Translations under genes and position numbers: made by a program | Notes under the pieces: generated by a model | Seen by the model: only the letters and a program-made list of their open reading frames with translations | The model's database searches: none | Told to the model about the DNA's origin: nothing | Shown here: piece after piece, positions 32,466 through 44,155 of the stretch | Numbering within the stretch: position 1 is the first letter of the stretch | Layout of the letters: every line of letters begins with the position of its first letter | Assembly (NCBI RefSeq): GCF_058153355.1 | Contig: NZ_CM177019.1 | Direction: 5' to 3' (one strand) | DNA length: 64,000 nucleotides

Positions 32466-34121
32466 TTAACTCATCACGCGGTCGTCAACATACTGACGTT
32501 TATCCGGCGCTGGCGGGAAATACTGATACAGCCATGTTTCACTGATAGCGTCGCCCTGACAACGCAGATACATCCGCATATCGACCGGATCAGTGGAGTC
32601 CGAAGTCGGATACCAGTCAAACTGAATACGATAACCATCAATGGGTTCAATATAGAGAATTTCGATTTGCTTCGCTTCCCCACTGGAAAGCGTAATCACC
32701 GGCTCAATGCCTTTTGGTGCGGCAGCTTTCAGATCACCACCAACGAAATCGACGGCAAAACGACGCGCCCATTTTTCAAGATAGTGTTCACCAGGCGCCC
32801 AACCTTCCGGGAAACCGCCCATGCCGGTACGCGTTGCCATAACGCGCGCTAATGGGCAATGAACAGGCGGTTGCGCACTCCAGTACAGACGATACTGGAA
32901 TGCAAACTCATCACCCGCTTTTACAGCTTTTTCTGGCTGCCAGAAGCAGACAATGTTATCCAGCGTTTCGCCCGTTGTTGGGATTTCCATCAGGCCGATG
33001 GTGCCCTTACCCCACTTGTTACGCGGTTCCACCCACAGACTTGGGCGTTTGTTATACCAGCCCATAATGTCCTGATAATGAGAGAAATCACGATCCAGTT
33101 GCAATAAACCAAACCCTTTCGGGTTGTTGTCGGTGTAAGCATTGAACTGCAATTTTTGCGGATTATTCAGCGGACGGCAAATCCACTCGCCGTTGCCCCG
33201 CCACATGGACAGACGATCAGAGTCATGGATTTGCGGATGAATGGTGTCGCACATCCGACGTTCATTAGTGCCGCAGCTGAACATGCTGGTCATCGGCGCA
33301 ATGCCCAGCTGTTTAATGTCTTTGCGCGCATATAGGTGATTTTCCACATCCATAATCACCTGACTTTTCTCACAATGGATAGTGAACTTATAGGCACCAG
33401 TAATGCTGGCGCTATCGAGCAACGCATAAACGGTAAAGGTGGTTGCCCCCGGTTTTACCGTATCAAACCAGAAGGCGGTAAAGTCGGGGAACTCTTCTTT
33501 ACTGTCGGTGTAAGTGTCGATCGCCAGGCCGCGAGCCGACAAACCGTATTGATATGTATCATCAACCGCGCGGAAATAACTCGCACCGAGGAATGATACG
33601 ACATCACGGCGCGCCAGTTCGGGGGCTTTAAACACGCGAAAACCGGCAAAACCGAGATCGCTTTGCCCTTCTAATTGTTTGGTATCAACACCCGCATCGT
33701 TGTATTTGAACAACTCCGGGCGAAAGTGAATTTCACGCGCCAGATGTGTTGCGGGATCAACAGAAAACATACGAACGCGGCGACGGAATCCCATTCCCAT
33801 ATGGAAGAACTGAGCGTCCAGTTGACGGTTCTCAACGTTATGCCAGAGCGATTTTTCGGCGTCGTATTGAATACTGTTATAAGCCTGCGGCGTCATTGTC
33901 GCCAGAGTGTCAGGTAACGGACGCGGCGCACCACGCCACGCGGTTTGCGCTAAGTCGTGCGCCATTGACTGTAGAATGGAGAAGTCAAAACGCTGGGTTT
34001 GCCCGTCGGCAATATCAGAATCTGCCGCGAATGCCGCCTGAGAAAAAAGAGAAGCAATGCCGCTGGTACCGCACACGGCGGCCATAGCCATTGAACCTTT
34101 AATAAATCGTCTACGATCCAT
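32466..34121 (-). CDS. opgD: glucans biosynthesis protein D (periplasmic, Tat-exported)
   Basis: 551 aa; twin-arginine signal [10 protein letters not shown]; MdoG/MdoD family. Confidence 0.9.
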   Translation of the reverse strand: MDRRRFIKGSMAMAAVCGTSGIASLFSQAAFAADSDIADGQTQRFDFSILQSMAHDLAQTAWRGAPRPLPDTLATMTPQAYNSIQYDAEKSLWHNVENRQLDAQFFHMGMGFRRRVRMFSVDPATHLAREIHFRPELFKYNDAGVDTKQLEGQSDLGFAGFRVFKAPELARRDVVSFLGASYFRAVDDTYQYGLSARGLAIDTYTDSKEEFPDFTAFWFDTVKPGATTFTVYALLDSASITGAYKFTIHCEKSQVIMDVENHLYARKDIKQLGIAPMTSMFSCGTNERRMCDTIHPQIHDSDRLSMWRGNGEWICRPLNNPQKLQFNAYTDNNPKGFGLLQLDRDFSHYQDIMGWYNKRPSLWVEPRNKWGKGTIGLMEIPTTGETLDNIVCFWQPEKAVKAGDEFAFQYRLYWSAQPPVHCPLARVMATRTGMGGFPEGWAPGEHYLEKWARRFAVDFVGGDLKAAAPKGIEPVITLSSGEAKQIEILYIEPIDGYRIQFDWYPTSDSTDPVDMRMYLRCQGDAISETWLYQYFPPAPDKRQYVDDRVMS

Positions 34122-34345
34122 ACCTGAAAGTGAGTCCTTCTGGTGTTGTGAATGGTCCCGCGCTGGTCGTTTTCAGCGGCAAGAAAGTGCTTATTTATGA
34201 CCGCTCACTCTAGACAATATTTATTAATAATCCAATTGTTGAACTCAGAGAATATGCATTAATCGGCAATTTTTTTATGTCGATGGGATGAGCCTGATTC
34301 GTTTGTAAAATCAGGCAAATTTTTGCAAAGGCGGATGGTCAGAAT

Positions 34346-35689
34346 TTAAAGCAAACCACAGCGACGTTTACTGCGTTCTTCCGCTTCCTGATAAAGCTGG
34401 AACTCATCCAAAACCGGGCAGCCCAACGCCTGCTCAAATGCTTCGCGACTGGCATTACCGTGACTGCGTGCCTGCGTTTCATTACCCAGATTTGACTGGA
34501 AGATCCCCGCCGCGCTAACGGGCAAGAAATCTTCATAGGTAATGGGTTGCGCCACTATCCAACCACGTTCAATTAAGGGCTGTGGATCGTCTCCGGGATG
34601 AATCGCCTGACGATGCGCCTCACCTGAAGGCGTCAGACGGTACCGGAACCATGCCAACCCTTGCTGACGCATTAAAAACTCACTGTCAGGAAAAGTGCGG
34701 AAGGTTTCCTGTAAATGCATTTGGTGAGTGAGATTATCCTGCCCGGTTCCAGCGTTCCGCAGTAGATCATCATACAGTTGTCGTCCTTTCGGCGTTAATG
34801 CCACGCCACGCTGCTCTATTTCACCAAAGCGCGCGGTATGCGTGCCCTGTTTCTGCCCCGCAAACAACACCTTCTCTTCCAGTGCTTTAAAGCTGGTCTG
34901 GCGTAGTAAAATCGGTACCTCGCGGCGCGGCGGCCCTTCGATCAGAATTTTGGGTTCAATTCCGCATTCAGGCATCATCGACTGCACACGGTCAATATCC
35001 AGCGTACGTGGCGTCAGGTGGTTGATATGGCATCCAGGAAAACAGACCACATCAGCAATCAGCCGATGTTCGTTATGCAAGGCGCGATAGGTTACTTCAT
35101 CCACCGTTGCTGACTGGTGCCAGCGAAACGTTTCCAGGGCTTCCTGCACAAACTCCTGTGCCTGTGTTTCGTTAAAACCGCCCAGCTGCTCATACTCCTC
35201 TAACAGTTGTCGACAACGTGGGGTGAAGATATCGCGCTGACGCAGAATCTCCGCCGCTTTCTGGCGCAAAAATTCGTTCTCGATAAGCTCCAGGCGGAGT
35301 AATGAGGTAAAAACGCGGAAGGGATTACGCGCCAGAGAAGCATCATCAATGGGCCGAAATGCTGTGGAATGTACCGGCACGCCCGCCTGCGAGAGATCGT
35401 AATAGCTCACCGGGTACATCCCCATAATGGCAAACATCCGCCGAAGAGTAGCAAGCTCTTGTGCGGTCCCGACGCGAATTGCCCCATGACGTTCAACATT
35501 CAGTCGCGCCAGCTCGTCTGCATTTACCATTTTTTCGTGCAGTTGAGGATTGTTTTCCAGCACAGCCAGATTCACATCAGCTACCAGTTCCAGCAGCGTG
35601 CCGTACTGCGGAACTTCTTGCTGGTACATGGCTGACATTGCCTGCGAAAACTGTTCCCGAATCTCATCCGCCGTGATGCTGTCCGCCAT
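34346..35689 (-). CDS. ydcJ: uncharacterised protein YdcJ
   Basis: 447-aa ORF in conserved position between opgD and ydcI. Confidence 0.8.
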   Translation of the reverse strand: MADSITADEIREQFSQAMSAMYQQEVPQYGTLLELVADVNLAVLENNPQLHEKMVNADELARLNVERHGAIRVGTAQELATLRRMFAIMGMYPVSYYDLSQAGVPVHSTAFRPIDDASLARNPFRVFTSLLRLELIENEFLRQKAAEILRQRDIFTPRCRQLLEEYEQLGGFNETQAQEFVQEALETFRWHQSATVDEVTYRALHNEHRLIADVVCFPGCHINHLTPRTLDIDRVQSMMPECGIEPKILIEGPPRREVPILLRQTSFKALEEKVLFAGQKQGTHTARFGEIEQRGVALTPKGRQLYDDLLRNAGTGQDNLTHQMHLQETFRTFPDSEFLMRQQGLAWFRYRLTPSGEAHRQAIHPGDDPQPLIERGWIVAQPITYEDFLPVSAAGIFQSNLGNETQARSHGNASREAFEQALGCPVLDEFQLYQEAEERSKRRCGLL

Positions 35690-35905
35690 AATGTCTGCCT
35701 CCAGTGGTCAGTAATCTGGAGTGTAGGTAACCGCATTCACTCTGGCGGGAAGAATTTGCAAACTGTGATCTCGCCGCGAAAACATCAATATTATCCATTT
35801 TGCTGTAACACAATTGCTTTAATTGTTAATAATATTTTGCAATCAAGTTATCATGATCAAACAACTTCACTTGTCAGCGACACCGCTTCGTTTTTAACAT
35901 CGCTT

Positions 35906-36829
35906 ATGGAAAAAAATAGTCTGTTTAGTCAGCGCATCCGTTTGCGCCACCTTCATACATTCGTAGCTGTTGCACAACAAGGAACTTTGGGGCGCGCAGC
36001 TGAAACCCTTAATTTGAGTCAACCTGCGCTCTCCAAGACATTGAATGAACTAGAGCAATTGACAGGTGCTCGCTTGTTTGAGCGTGGTCGTCAGGGGGCG
36101 CAACTTACCTTACCCGGCGAACAATTTTTAACACATGCCGTCAGAGTTCTTGACGCTATTAACACTGCCGGACAGTCGCTTCATCGTAAAGAAGGTCTTA
36201 ACAATGATGTCGTCAGGGTAGGTGCATTACCTACCGCGGCGCTGGGAATATTACCTTCGGTTATAGGTCAGTTTCATCAGCAACAAAAAGAGACGACCTT
36301 GCAAGTTGCGACAATGAGTAACCCTATGATTCTGGCGGGTTTGAAGACCGGCGAAATCGATATTGGCATTGGTCGGATGTCAGATCCTGAACTGATGACC
36401 GGGCTTAATTATGAACTGCTGTTTCTTGAATCGCTGAAGCTGGTTGTCCGCCCTAATCACCCGCTACTTCAGGAGAACGTAACGCTAAGCCGGGTGCTGG
36501 AATGGCCGGTTGTTGTATCACCAGAAGGCACTGCGCCACGCCAGCATTCAGATGCATTAGTGCAGAGCCAGGGCTGTAAAATTCCTTCGGGCTGTATCGA
36601 AACACTGTCTGCTTCGCTATCTCGTCAACTTACGGTTGAATACGACTACGTGTGGTTTGTTCCATCTGGCGCTGTAAAAGACGACCTGCGTCATGCCACG
36701 CTGGTGGCCCTGCCTGTTCCGGGGCATGGTGCAGGCGAACCGATCGGAATATTGACCCGCGTAGATGCGACGTTCTCTTCCGGTTGCCAATTGATGATTA
36801 ACGCTATTCGAAAATCAATGCCGTTCTGA
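35906..36829 (+). CDS. ydcI: LysR-family transcriptional regulator YdcI
   Basis: Track ORF trimmed to ATG 35906 (MEKNSLFSQRIRLRHLHTFVAV...), 307 aa; LysR HTH plus substrate-binding domain. Confidence 0.8.
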   Translation: MEKNSLFSQRIRLRHLHTFVAVAQQGTLGRAAETLNLSQPALSKTLNELEQLTGARLFERGRQGAQLTLPGEQFLTHAVRVLDAINTAGQSLHRKEGLNNDVVRVGALPTAALGILPSVIGQFHQQQKETTLQVATMSNPMILAGLKTGEIDIGIGRMSDPELMTGLNYELLFLESLKLVVRPNHPLLQENVTLSRVLEWPVVVSPEGTAPRQHSDALVQSQGCKIPSGCIETLSASLSRQLTVEYDYVWFVPSGAVKDDLRHATLVALPVPGHGAGEPIGILTRVDATFSSGCQLMINAIRKSMPF

Positions 36830-36832
36830 AAA

Positions 36833-36862
36833 GTAAGGGATCTTTCGATCCCTTCTTTGATA
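36833..36862. terminator. bidirectional terminator between convergent ydcI and trg
   Basis: GGGATC-tttc-GATCCC hairpin with T-rich flank. Confidence 0.55.
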
Positions 36863-36865
36863 TTT

Positions 36866-38506
36866 TCACGCTGTTGCGAAACTAACAGACTCACCAGCTC
36901 CGCGTGATTCTGCCAACACAGAATGTTTGTTCAGGCGGAAAACGTCTACCGCCTCAGTTAATCGTGCAGCCTGTTCTTCAAGGGATAGCGCCGCCGCAGA
37001 AGCCTCTTCTACCAGAGAAGCATTCTGTTGCGTCACCTTATCCATTTCGGAAATCGCCTGGCTCACCTGCGTTATGCCTGTACTTTGTTCATCCGAGGCG
37101 GCGGCAATCTCCTGCATGATATGTGTGACACTCGCGACGGCATCAACAATCGTGCTCATGGTTTTCCCTGCCGTTGCCACTTCAACCGACCCCAGGTCAA
37201 TTAACCTGACTGATTCACTGATCAAGCCTTCAATCTCTTTCGCCGCTTGGGCGCTGCGACTTGCGAGTGTCCGTACTTCGCTGGCGACAACGGCAAATCC
37301 ACGTCCTTGCTCACCCGCTCGCGCGGCTTCAACGGCAGCATTCAGCGCCAGAATATTTGTCTGGAAAGCAATGCTGTTGATGACGGCAGTGATCTCGGAA
37401 ATTTTCTTTGAACTCGTGGAGATTGCTCCCATCGTTCTAACTACACCGGAAACCGTCTCCCCGCCATCGCTGGCTTTAATGGAGGCCTCCTGCGCCAGTT
37501 TGCTGGCATGATGCGCGTTATCTGCATTCTGTTTCACCGTCGCAGTGAGTTGCTCCATGCTGGCGGCAGTTTGTTCAATTGCCGCCGCTTGTTCTTCGGT
37601 GCGAGATGAAAGGTCCGCATTGCCAGCGGAAATTTCGCTGGTGCCACGATAAATCTCTTCCGCGCCCTGTCGAACAGTCCCGACTGTCATCCCCAGTGAA
37701 TGCTGCATTTGCTGTAAATGACGACTTAAGCGACCGATTTCATTACGACCCGCCGGTTCATCATTCATCGTCAGATCGCCACTGGCAATTTTTTCAATCC
37801 GTTGTGCGGCATGTTGCAGTGGACGAATGACGATCCGACGTAGCACCATAAATGTTATCAGCGTCATGACCACGGCAAGCACAAACGCGCCAATCATAAA
37901 CATCACACCCAGGCGGGTACGCTGATGGGCCTGTTCCGCCAGTTGGTTGGCTCTGGTGCTACGTATCTTAACGGCTTTGCTCAAAATATCGGTATAAGCA
38001 TTATCCAGCGGTCGGATCTGCTCACTTTCATGATTGATAATCGCCTCAAACATGCCATTTTTGGCATATTTCAGCATGGGTTGGATACCCGTGATATAAG
38101 CCTGGAAACGTTGATTTAATTCAGCCTCGAGAGCTTCATCAGCAGGTGTTTTCACCGGCCGACTCCGGTAAGCCCGATAACCTTGCTGCGACTGTTTAAT
38201 CTCCGATTCGGCTTGCGCAATATTTCGCTTCATTGCTTCCATTTCCGCAATACGACTCGCGGCCCCGGCCTGAATCATATTGATCCGGGCCGAACGCAAA
38301 AAATCTGAGCTGTTCGCTAACCCGGTCCGAACCTCAATCTCTGCAGTCACATCACGCTGATCGCGATCGGCCTTCCAGAGGAAATAGCCAGCCAGGGCTG
38401 AACTCAAGGCAAACAGAAGTAAGATACCGCCAAGAATGCAGGCAAATAACGGAACCAGCCTGATGTGATGCAAAAAACCTAATCGCTGTGAGGGAGTTGT
38501 ATTCAT
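36866..38506 (-). CDS. trg: methyl-accepting chemotaxis protein III (ribose/galactose sensor)
   Basis: 546 aa; two TM segments, HAMP, conserved MCP signalling domain with methylation sites. Confidence 0.9.
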   Translation of the reverse strand: MNTTPSQRLGFLHHIRLVPLFACILGGILLLFALSSALAGYFLWKADRDQRDVTAEIEVRTGLANSSDFLRSARINMIQAGAASRIAEMEAMKRNIAQAESEIKQSQQGYRAYRSRPVKTPADEALEAELNQRFQAYITGIQPMLKYAKNGMFEAIINHESEQIRPLDNAYTDILSKAVKIRSTRANQLAEQAHQRTRLGVMFMIGAFVLAVVMTLITFMVLRRIVIRPLQHAAQRIEKIASGDLTMNDEPAGRNEIGRLSRHLQQMQHSLGMTVGTVRQGAEEIYRGTSEISAGNADLSSRTEEQAAAIEQTAASMEQLTATVKQNADNAHHASKLAQEASIKASDGGETVSGVVRTMGAISTSSKKISEITAVINSIAFQTNILALNAAVEAARAGEQGRGFAVVASEVRTLASRSAQAAKEIEGLISESVRLIDLGSVEVATAGKTMSTIVDAVASVTHIMQEIAAASDEQSTGITQVSQAISEMDKVTQQNASLVEEASAAALSLEEQAARLTEAVDVFRLNKHSVLAESRGAGESVSFATA

Positions 38507-38784
38507 TACCGTTGTCTCTCTTCCAGGTTTACTCCTGATAGAAAGTCATCGGCATTTGACGGTAATTACTTACGACTAAAAACCTCTTTGCGTCACATTT
38601 TTACAACAATTATTGCAGAGAAGATTAATGCCATTGGATTGAAGAAAGTGAGGAATGGTTAAACTGGCTAACCCGAATGACGAAAAATTCTGGAAAACAG
38701 CACGCTATTTCGTGAAGTGATTATTTTCGTCCCTAAGGAAACCTCATAGGATGCTCACGGGTGCCTGAGACTTTCTGTTTTCAG

Positions 38785-38846
38785 GCTAACCGGGAATCAG
38801 AAAGACGAAGGCCCCGACCGATATTTCTATCAACCGAGGCCAACGA

Positions 38847-38850
<4 letters not shown>
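38785..38850 (-). ncRNA. sokB: predicted sokB antisense RNA of the hokB/sokB type I toxin-antitoxin locus (approximate position)
   Basis: Inference from hok/sok architecture: the antitoxin RNA is antisense to the mok translation-initiation region; boundaries not determinable by eye. Confidence 0.3.
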
Positions 38851-39054
<204 letters not shown>

Positions 39055-39125
39055 GGGCAAGCGCGGGGATTTTCCCCGCGCATCTGACTAGCGGATTCAG
39101 TTTCTCATGGCACCCCTTTTACACT

Positions 39126-39299
39126 TCAGTTAGTGCATGTTTTTTTCGATGCACTAATAGAACCATCATTACAGACAAATTTGCCGCCTGCCGTACAGTG
39201 TGAGATCCCCCCTTTCGAACCAGAACAGGGTTTGCGCCCGGCATCGGCATAAAAGGAAACAAGCGCTCCCATAACCAAGATAAGTGCCAATTTTTTCAT
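39126..39299 (-). CDS. ydcA: small secreted cysteine-rich protein YdcA
   Basis: Manual translation of minus strand: MKKLALILVMGALVSFYADAGRKPCSGSKGGISHCTAGGKFVCNDGSISASKKTCTN (57 aa); below track cutoff. Confidence 0.8.
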   Translation of the reverse strand: MKKLALILVMGALVSFYADAGRKPCSGSKGGISHCTAGGKFVCNDGSISASKKTCTN

Positions 39300-39469
39300 A
39301 TAACCTCCATGATTTATCGAATCTTATGTTCGATTTGAACGTTATACGCTGGTTTATTTTGATACCGTTGATGAGATCAAAGATCGGGTGAATTGATTAA
39401 AGATAAGCCAGATGGACATATGGACAAGGATTATGGTTTTATTTGTCATACAAATAAATATAATAGGCG

Positions 39470-39534
39470 CTTCCGATGTAGGCCCGTATTCTTCGCCTGT
39501 ACCACGGGTCGGTTTTAGTACAGGCGTTTTCTTT
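39470..39534 (+). ncRNA. rydC: Hfq-dependent small RNA RydC
   Basis: Sequence CTTCCGATGTAGGCCCGTATTCTTCGCCTGTACCACGGGTCGGTTTTAGTACAGGCGTTTTCTT matches remembered RydC; ends in CCTGTAC...GTACAGG hairpin plus U tract; lies in the cybB-ydcA intergenic region as in K-12. Confidence 0.7.
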
Positions 39535-39543
39535 AAATATCCT

Positions 39544-40074
39544 TCAGGAACGTTTACGCGGCATCATGCGTAGAAGTGTGTTGTCCTTCCAGAAATAGTG
39601 GTGTGCCAGTGCAGCCGCAGCGTGCAACCCGATGACAAAATATCCCAGATTCGCCAGCGTCTCATGCCACCACTTTAAGCTATCAACCCGTTCGAAATTG
39701 GCCTCTGCTGCATAAGGCATTGTCATACCAAACGCAAACCACGGGTTGCCCCGGTTATACATCATCACCAAACCAATCACTGGCAGCGCAATAAACAGGA
39801 GATAGATCACCAAATGTCCCAAATGTGCCAGTCCCGTCATCATCGGTTTTGGTTTAGGTACAATCGGCGGAGTTGAGTATTTAAGCCTTAGCAAAAGACG
39901 AACAACCATCAGCACGAGAATTGAGATGCCACAGGAAACATGAATCATGTTGATGAGCGGCCGATCGCTACGTGGGAAGAAACCACGAAACTCCATTGCG
40001 CAATACGCTGCGATAACCAGCAAAAAGACCAGCCAGTGAATGCTGATTTGTAACCTTGAGTATTTATTTTCCAT
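39544..40074 (-). CDS. cybB: cytochrome b561
   Basis: Track ORF trimmed to MENKYSRLQISIHWLVF... (176 aa); four TM helices with conserved His ligands. Confidence 0.9.
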   Translation of the reverse strand: MENKYSRLQISIHWLVFLLVIAAYCAMEFRGFFPRSDRPLINMIHVSCGISILVLMVVRLLLRLKYSTPPIVPKPKPMMTGLAHLGHLVIYLLFIALPVIGLVMMYNRGNPWFAFGMTMPYAAEANFERVDSLKWWHETLANLGYFVIGLHAAAALAHHYFWKDNTLLRMMPRKRS

Positions 40075-40262
40075 AACATTTCCTGCTTTAAAACAATTTG
40101 CCGTTAACATAACGAGCTTTTCTTAAAATTTCATTAAATATTGTTCACCCGTTTTCAGTACGTTACGTTCCACGGCAAGAATGTAGATTGCCCATCCCGC
40201 CATCCTGGTCTAAGCCTGGAAAGGATCAATTTTCATCCGAACGTTCCTGACAGGAGAAGACC

Positions 40263-41264
40263 ATGAGTAAAGTTGGTATTAACGGTTTTGGTCGTATCGG
40301 TCGACTGGTGTTGCGTCGATTACTTGAAGTCAAAAGTAACATAGACATTGTCGCTATTAATGATCTCACTTCCCCAAAAATTCTCGCCTACCTGCTGAAA
40401 CATGATTCAAACTACGGACCGTTCCCTTGGAGCGTTGATTTTACGGAAGATTCACTTATCGTTGATGGAAAAAGTATCGCGGTTTACGCCGAAAAAGAGG
40501 CTAAAAATATTCCATGGAAAGCGAAAGGCGCAGAAATCATTGTCGAATGTACTGGCTTTTATACCTCCGCCGAGAAATCGCAGGCGCACCTTGATGCTGG
40601 TGCGAAGAAGGTGTTGATTTCCGCCCCTGCCGGTGAAATGAAAACCATCGTTTATAACGTCAATGACGACACACTGGATAGCAACGACACCATTGTTTCC
40701 GTGGCGTCATGCACCACTAACTGTCTTGCACCGATGGCCAAAGCCTTGCACGACAGTTTCGGAATAGAAGTCGGCACGATGACGACCATTCATGCCTATA
40801 CTGGCACCCAGTCACTGGTGGATGGCCCGCGAGGTAAAGATCTACGCGCTTCACGTGCAGCGGCAGAAAATATCATTCCCCACACTACAGGCGCGGCAAA
40901 AGCCATTGGTCTGGTGATCCCAGAACTGAGCGGCAAACTGAAAGGTCATGCGCAACGCGTACCCGTGAAAACAGGTTCGGTGACTGAACTGGTGTCTATT
41001 CTTGGAAAAAAAGTGACTGCCGAAGAGGTGAACAACGCGCTTAAAAACGCGACAAACAATAACGAGTCATTTGGTTATACCGATGAAGAAATAGTCTCTT
41101 CTGATATCATTGGCAGCCATTTCGGGTCGGTGTTTGATGCCACGCAAACCGAAATTACCGCCGTGGGCGATTTACAGTTGGTGAAAACGGTCGCCTGGTA
41201 TGATAACGAATATGGCTTCGTCACGCAGCTTATTCGCACCCTCGAAAAATTCGCTAAACTCTGA
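40263..41264 (+). CDS. gapC: glyceraldehyde-3-phosphate dehydrogenase C (intact; pseudogene in K-12)
   Basis: Uninterrupted 333-aa GAPDH: NAD-binding NGFGRIGR, catalytic ASCTTNCL. Confidence 0.9.
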   Translation: MSKVGINGFGRIGRLVLRRLLEVKSNIDIVAINDLTSPKILAYLLKHDSNYGPFPWSVDFTEDSLIVDGKSIAVYAEKEAKNIPWKAKGAEIIVECTGFYTSAEKSQAHLDAGAKKVLISAPAGEMKTIVYNVNDDTLDSNDTIVSVASCTTNCLAPMAKALHDSFGIEVGTMTTIHAYTGTQSLVDGPRGKDLRASRAAAENIIPHTTGAAKAIGLVIPELSGKLKGHAQRVPVKTGSVTELVSILGKKVTAEEVNNALKNATNNNESFGYTDEEIVSSDIIGSHFGSVFDATQTEITAVGDLQLVKTVAWYDNEYGFVTQLIRTLEKFAKL

Positions 41265-41269
41265 CGAGC

Positions 41270-41300
41270 AAAGGCGGAGGGAAAAGCCTCCGCCTCTTTC
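41270..41300. terminator. bidirectional terminator between convergent gapC and aldA
   Basis: AGGCGGAGG-gaaaag-CCTCCGCCT hairpin plus T-rich tail. Confidence 0.65.
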
Positions 41301-41305
41301 ACTCA

Positions 41306-42745
41306 TTACGACTGTAAATAAACCACCTGGGTCTGCAGGTATTCATGCAAGCCATGTTTGCCATCTGCGCCGCCAATACCGGATTTACGCCATCCGGCGT
41401 GGAATCCTTGCATAGCTTCGAAGTTTTCACGGTTGATGTAAGTTTCACCAAACTTCAGCCCTTTAATAGCTTTCATCGCGACGTTCAGATTTTGGGTATA
41501 GAGTGATGAGGTCAGGCCGTAATCACTGTCATTAGCCATTGCGATAGCCTCTTCCAGCGTGTCAAATGCGACCACTGGCAGCACCGGGCCAAAGGTTTCC
41601 TCGTGCATAATCGACATTTCCTGACGAACATCCAGTAGCAATGTCGGCGGATAATAATATCCTTTCCCCTCTACTGCCTTGCCCCCCAACGCCACTCTCG
41701 CCCCCTCTTCGACTGCGCGCGCCACTTTTTGCTCGACCCTTTCCAGCGCCGCGGCGTTAATCAACGGCCCCATCGCAATGTCGTTGCGTTCAGCGGGGTT
41801 ACCAAATTGAACCGCCTGCATCGCTTCACCCAGCCGATTGACGAACTGATCATAAATGCCTTTCTGTACATAAACACGTTCTGCACAGTTACACACTTGC
41901 CCACTATTAATGACGCGTGAATCAACGATGGCTTTGACTGCCAGTTCAAGATCGGCATCGTCCATTACAATAGCTGGTGCTTTCCCCCCCAGCTCAAGAC
42001 ACACTTTGGTGATATTTTTCGCTGCAGTCGCCATGATCTTCTCACCAGCAGAAACACTGCCTGTCATACTGACCATTGCGACCTTTGGGTTACCCGCCAG
42101 TTCTTGCCCAACGGTTTCACCACGCCCCAGCACAAGGTTAAACACACCGCGTGGAAGGCCTATTTCATCGACAATTTTGGCAAAAGCAATCGCATTGTTT
42201 GGCGTAAATTCACTGGGTTTAATGACGATAGTATTACCGGTCAAAAGAGCGGGAGCCATTTTGCGGGCAATGAGGAAGAACGGGAAGTTCCACGGCAGAA
42301 TGCCGGTAGTCACGCCAAGCGCACGTTTAAACAGAAGAATATTTTCTCCTGGACGATCGCTTTGAATAATCTCGCCTTCATAACGCCGTGCCCACTCCGC
42401 CATGTAATCGATATAGTCCGCAGTAAAAGCCACTTCGACTTCAGACAGCTGCTGGATCTTGCCCCCTTCTTCAACAATCAGCGCACTAATTTCACTGGCG
42501 CGTTCGCGGATCCCGGCGGAGATTTTGCGCAACCAACTGGCGCGTTCAATGGCAGGCAACGCTTCCCATTCTGGTTGTGCACGTTCTGCTGCATCGATTG
42601 CCTTACGGGCATCCTCGGCCTGACCATCGGGAATGCGGGAAATGACCGCCTCTGTAGCAGGGTTTACCACATCAATCCATGCGTCTCCACGCCAGGTAAC
42701 AAACTGTCCATCTATATACATAGGATGTTGAACGGGTACTGACAT
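41306..42745 (-). CDS. aldA: lactaldehyde dehydrogenase
   Basis: 479-aa aldehyde dehydrogenase (ELGGKAP, catalytic Cys in GQVCNCAER). Confidence 0.9.
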   Translation of the reverse strand: MSVPVQHPMYIDGQFVTWRGDAWIDVVNPATEAVISRIPDGQAEDARKAIDAAERAQPEWEALPAIERASWLRKISAGIRERASEISALIVEEGGKIQQLSEVEVAFTADYIDYMAEWARRYEGEIIQSDRPGENILLFKRALGVTTGILPWNFPFFLIARKMAPALLTGNTIVIKPSEFTPNNAIAFAKIVDEIGLPRGVFNLVLGRGETVGQELAGNPKVAMVSMTGSVSAGEKIMATAAKNITKVCLELGGKAPAIVMDDADLELAVKAIVDSRVINSGQVCNCAERVYVQKGIYDQFVNRLGEAMQAVQFGNPAERNDIAMGPLINAAALERVEQKVARAVEEGARVALGGKAVEGKGYYYPPTLLLDVRQEMSIMHEETFGPVLPVVAFDTLEEAIAMANDSDYGLTSSLYTQNLNVAMKAIKGLKFGETYINRENFEAMQGFHAGWRKSGIGGADGKHGLHEYLQTQVVYLQS

Positions 42746-42940
42746 GGGCGACTCCTGTGATTTATATGTTTGTTTTTGGTAAATGCATTGTTAATTAACA
42801 TCAATCATCATAGAGACGGCATCGTGAAAGGACAATTCTGTGAAGGGCTTCATAAAAACAAGTGTAAAAGGAATAAAAGGCAGAAATAAACGTCAGGAGT
42901 CATGCCCGTTTGCAAACAGTTGTTCTCAAACGGGCAATTT

Positions 42941-43741
42941 TCAACGTAGCGAGCGACTTTCCATCGCCTCGATAAGCACAGCATCGTGTTTCAGCCTTTG
43001 CCATGCCTGGGTGACTTCTGCAGGAAAATCAACGTGAACGATAAAATCTCGCCCGCGTGGACCGTAGCCATCGCTATCATCGCGTAAACGTGGCAGCTCG
43101 CCAGTGAGTAGTGAGAGATAACGCTCAACCGGCCATAATCCTTGCAACGGATTAACAAAGATTACACTGTCTGCGTTGTTTCCTAGCTGAGGAACGAATC
43201 CGGGATAACTTAACCAGCGAGGTGCATCTGGATTGTCCCCGGTCATACGGCGGAACGTCGCCATCGTGCGCCGCTGCATGGTGGGGTCCTGAACAACGAT
43301 AGCCGTATGAACTCTTTCTACGGCCTGATTCAATAGCGCGATGCTAAAGCGTGCGTTTTCACCGCAGTTTGTTGACTGGTCTTCAATCCAGATTTTTTCA
43401 TGCGGAATGTGCCAGAACTGATGAGCGATATCCGCCAGGATGGTAGCTTCTGCTCTGCCAGTGGTGCGGATAGTGTTGTAGTGCGGATGCTGTGCGATGG
43501 CGCTATACAAAAAAGTTGTCGAGTGACCGATACCACCACTAATCAGTAGAGGAATTTGCTGATCGCGGGCAATCTTACATGCCGCATCGATAGTCGGCAT
43601 AACCGCATTGCCTGCAAGGATCACGCAATCGGCCTGATATGGCTCCTCTCCGGAGAAATCATCCTGCGCCAGCCACTGTCCGATAACATTTATGGCATCT
43701 ATGGTTGCCGTCGAAAGCGTCGGAAACGGGGTAATGTTCAT
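42941..43741 (-). CDS. ydcF: DUF218-family protein YdcF
   Basis: 266-aa ORF in conserved position downstream of hrpA. Confidence 0.8.
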   Translation of the reverse strand: MNITPFPTLSTATIDAINVIGQWLAQDDFSGEEPYQADCVILAGNAVMPTIDAACKIARDQQIPLLISGGIGHSTTFLYSAIAQHPHYNTIRTTGRAEATILADIAHQFWHIPHEKIWIEDQSTNCGENARFSIALLNQAVERVHTAIVVQDPTMQRRTMATFRRMTGDNPDAPRWLSYPGFVPQLGNNADSVIFVNPLQGLWPVERYLSLLTGELPRLRDDSDGYGPRGRDFIVHVDFPAEVTQAWQRLKHDAVLIEAMESRSLR

Positions 43742-44155
43742 GGTTCCTCCTTATAGTTCCCTTAAGAATACTGCGTGAGATAATAATGAGAAGCGGAGCC
43801 ATCTGAAAGGTAGTTGATGCTTTTTCTATCGCGCCATCGCGAACCAGACACTTGTTTAAGTCATACACTATTTGCGGAGAAACTGTTGATAAAACATCAA
43901 TAACATAATGTTCTATCATTTTTAAATGACAGATAATCTGGTGTGATATTTATATAATATTCATTCTTATATTTCTCAATCAAGGGGAACATTTGGTATC
44001 CAGTGTATCGTCCTCATCAACCAGATGTGTTATAAGCACTTTACCTCGTTAATTTTAATATTACGAGTTACAGGACAAAACATCACTCGAATTTAGTCCA
44101 GTAACTCGTAGTAGCCAGAGTATACGTACCCATTGATAAAATGTCTGGCAATAAA

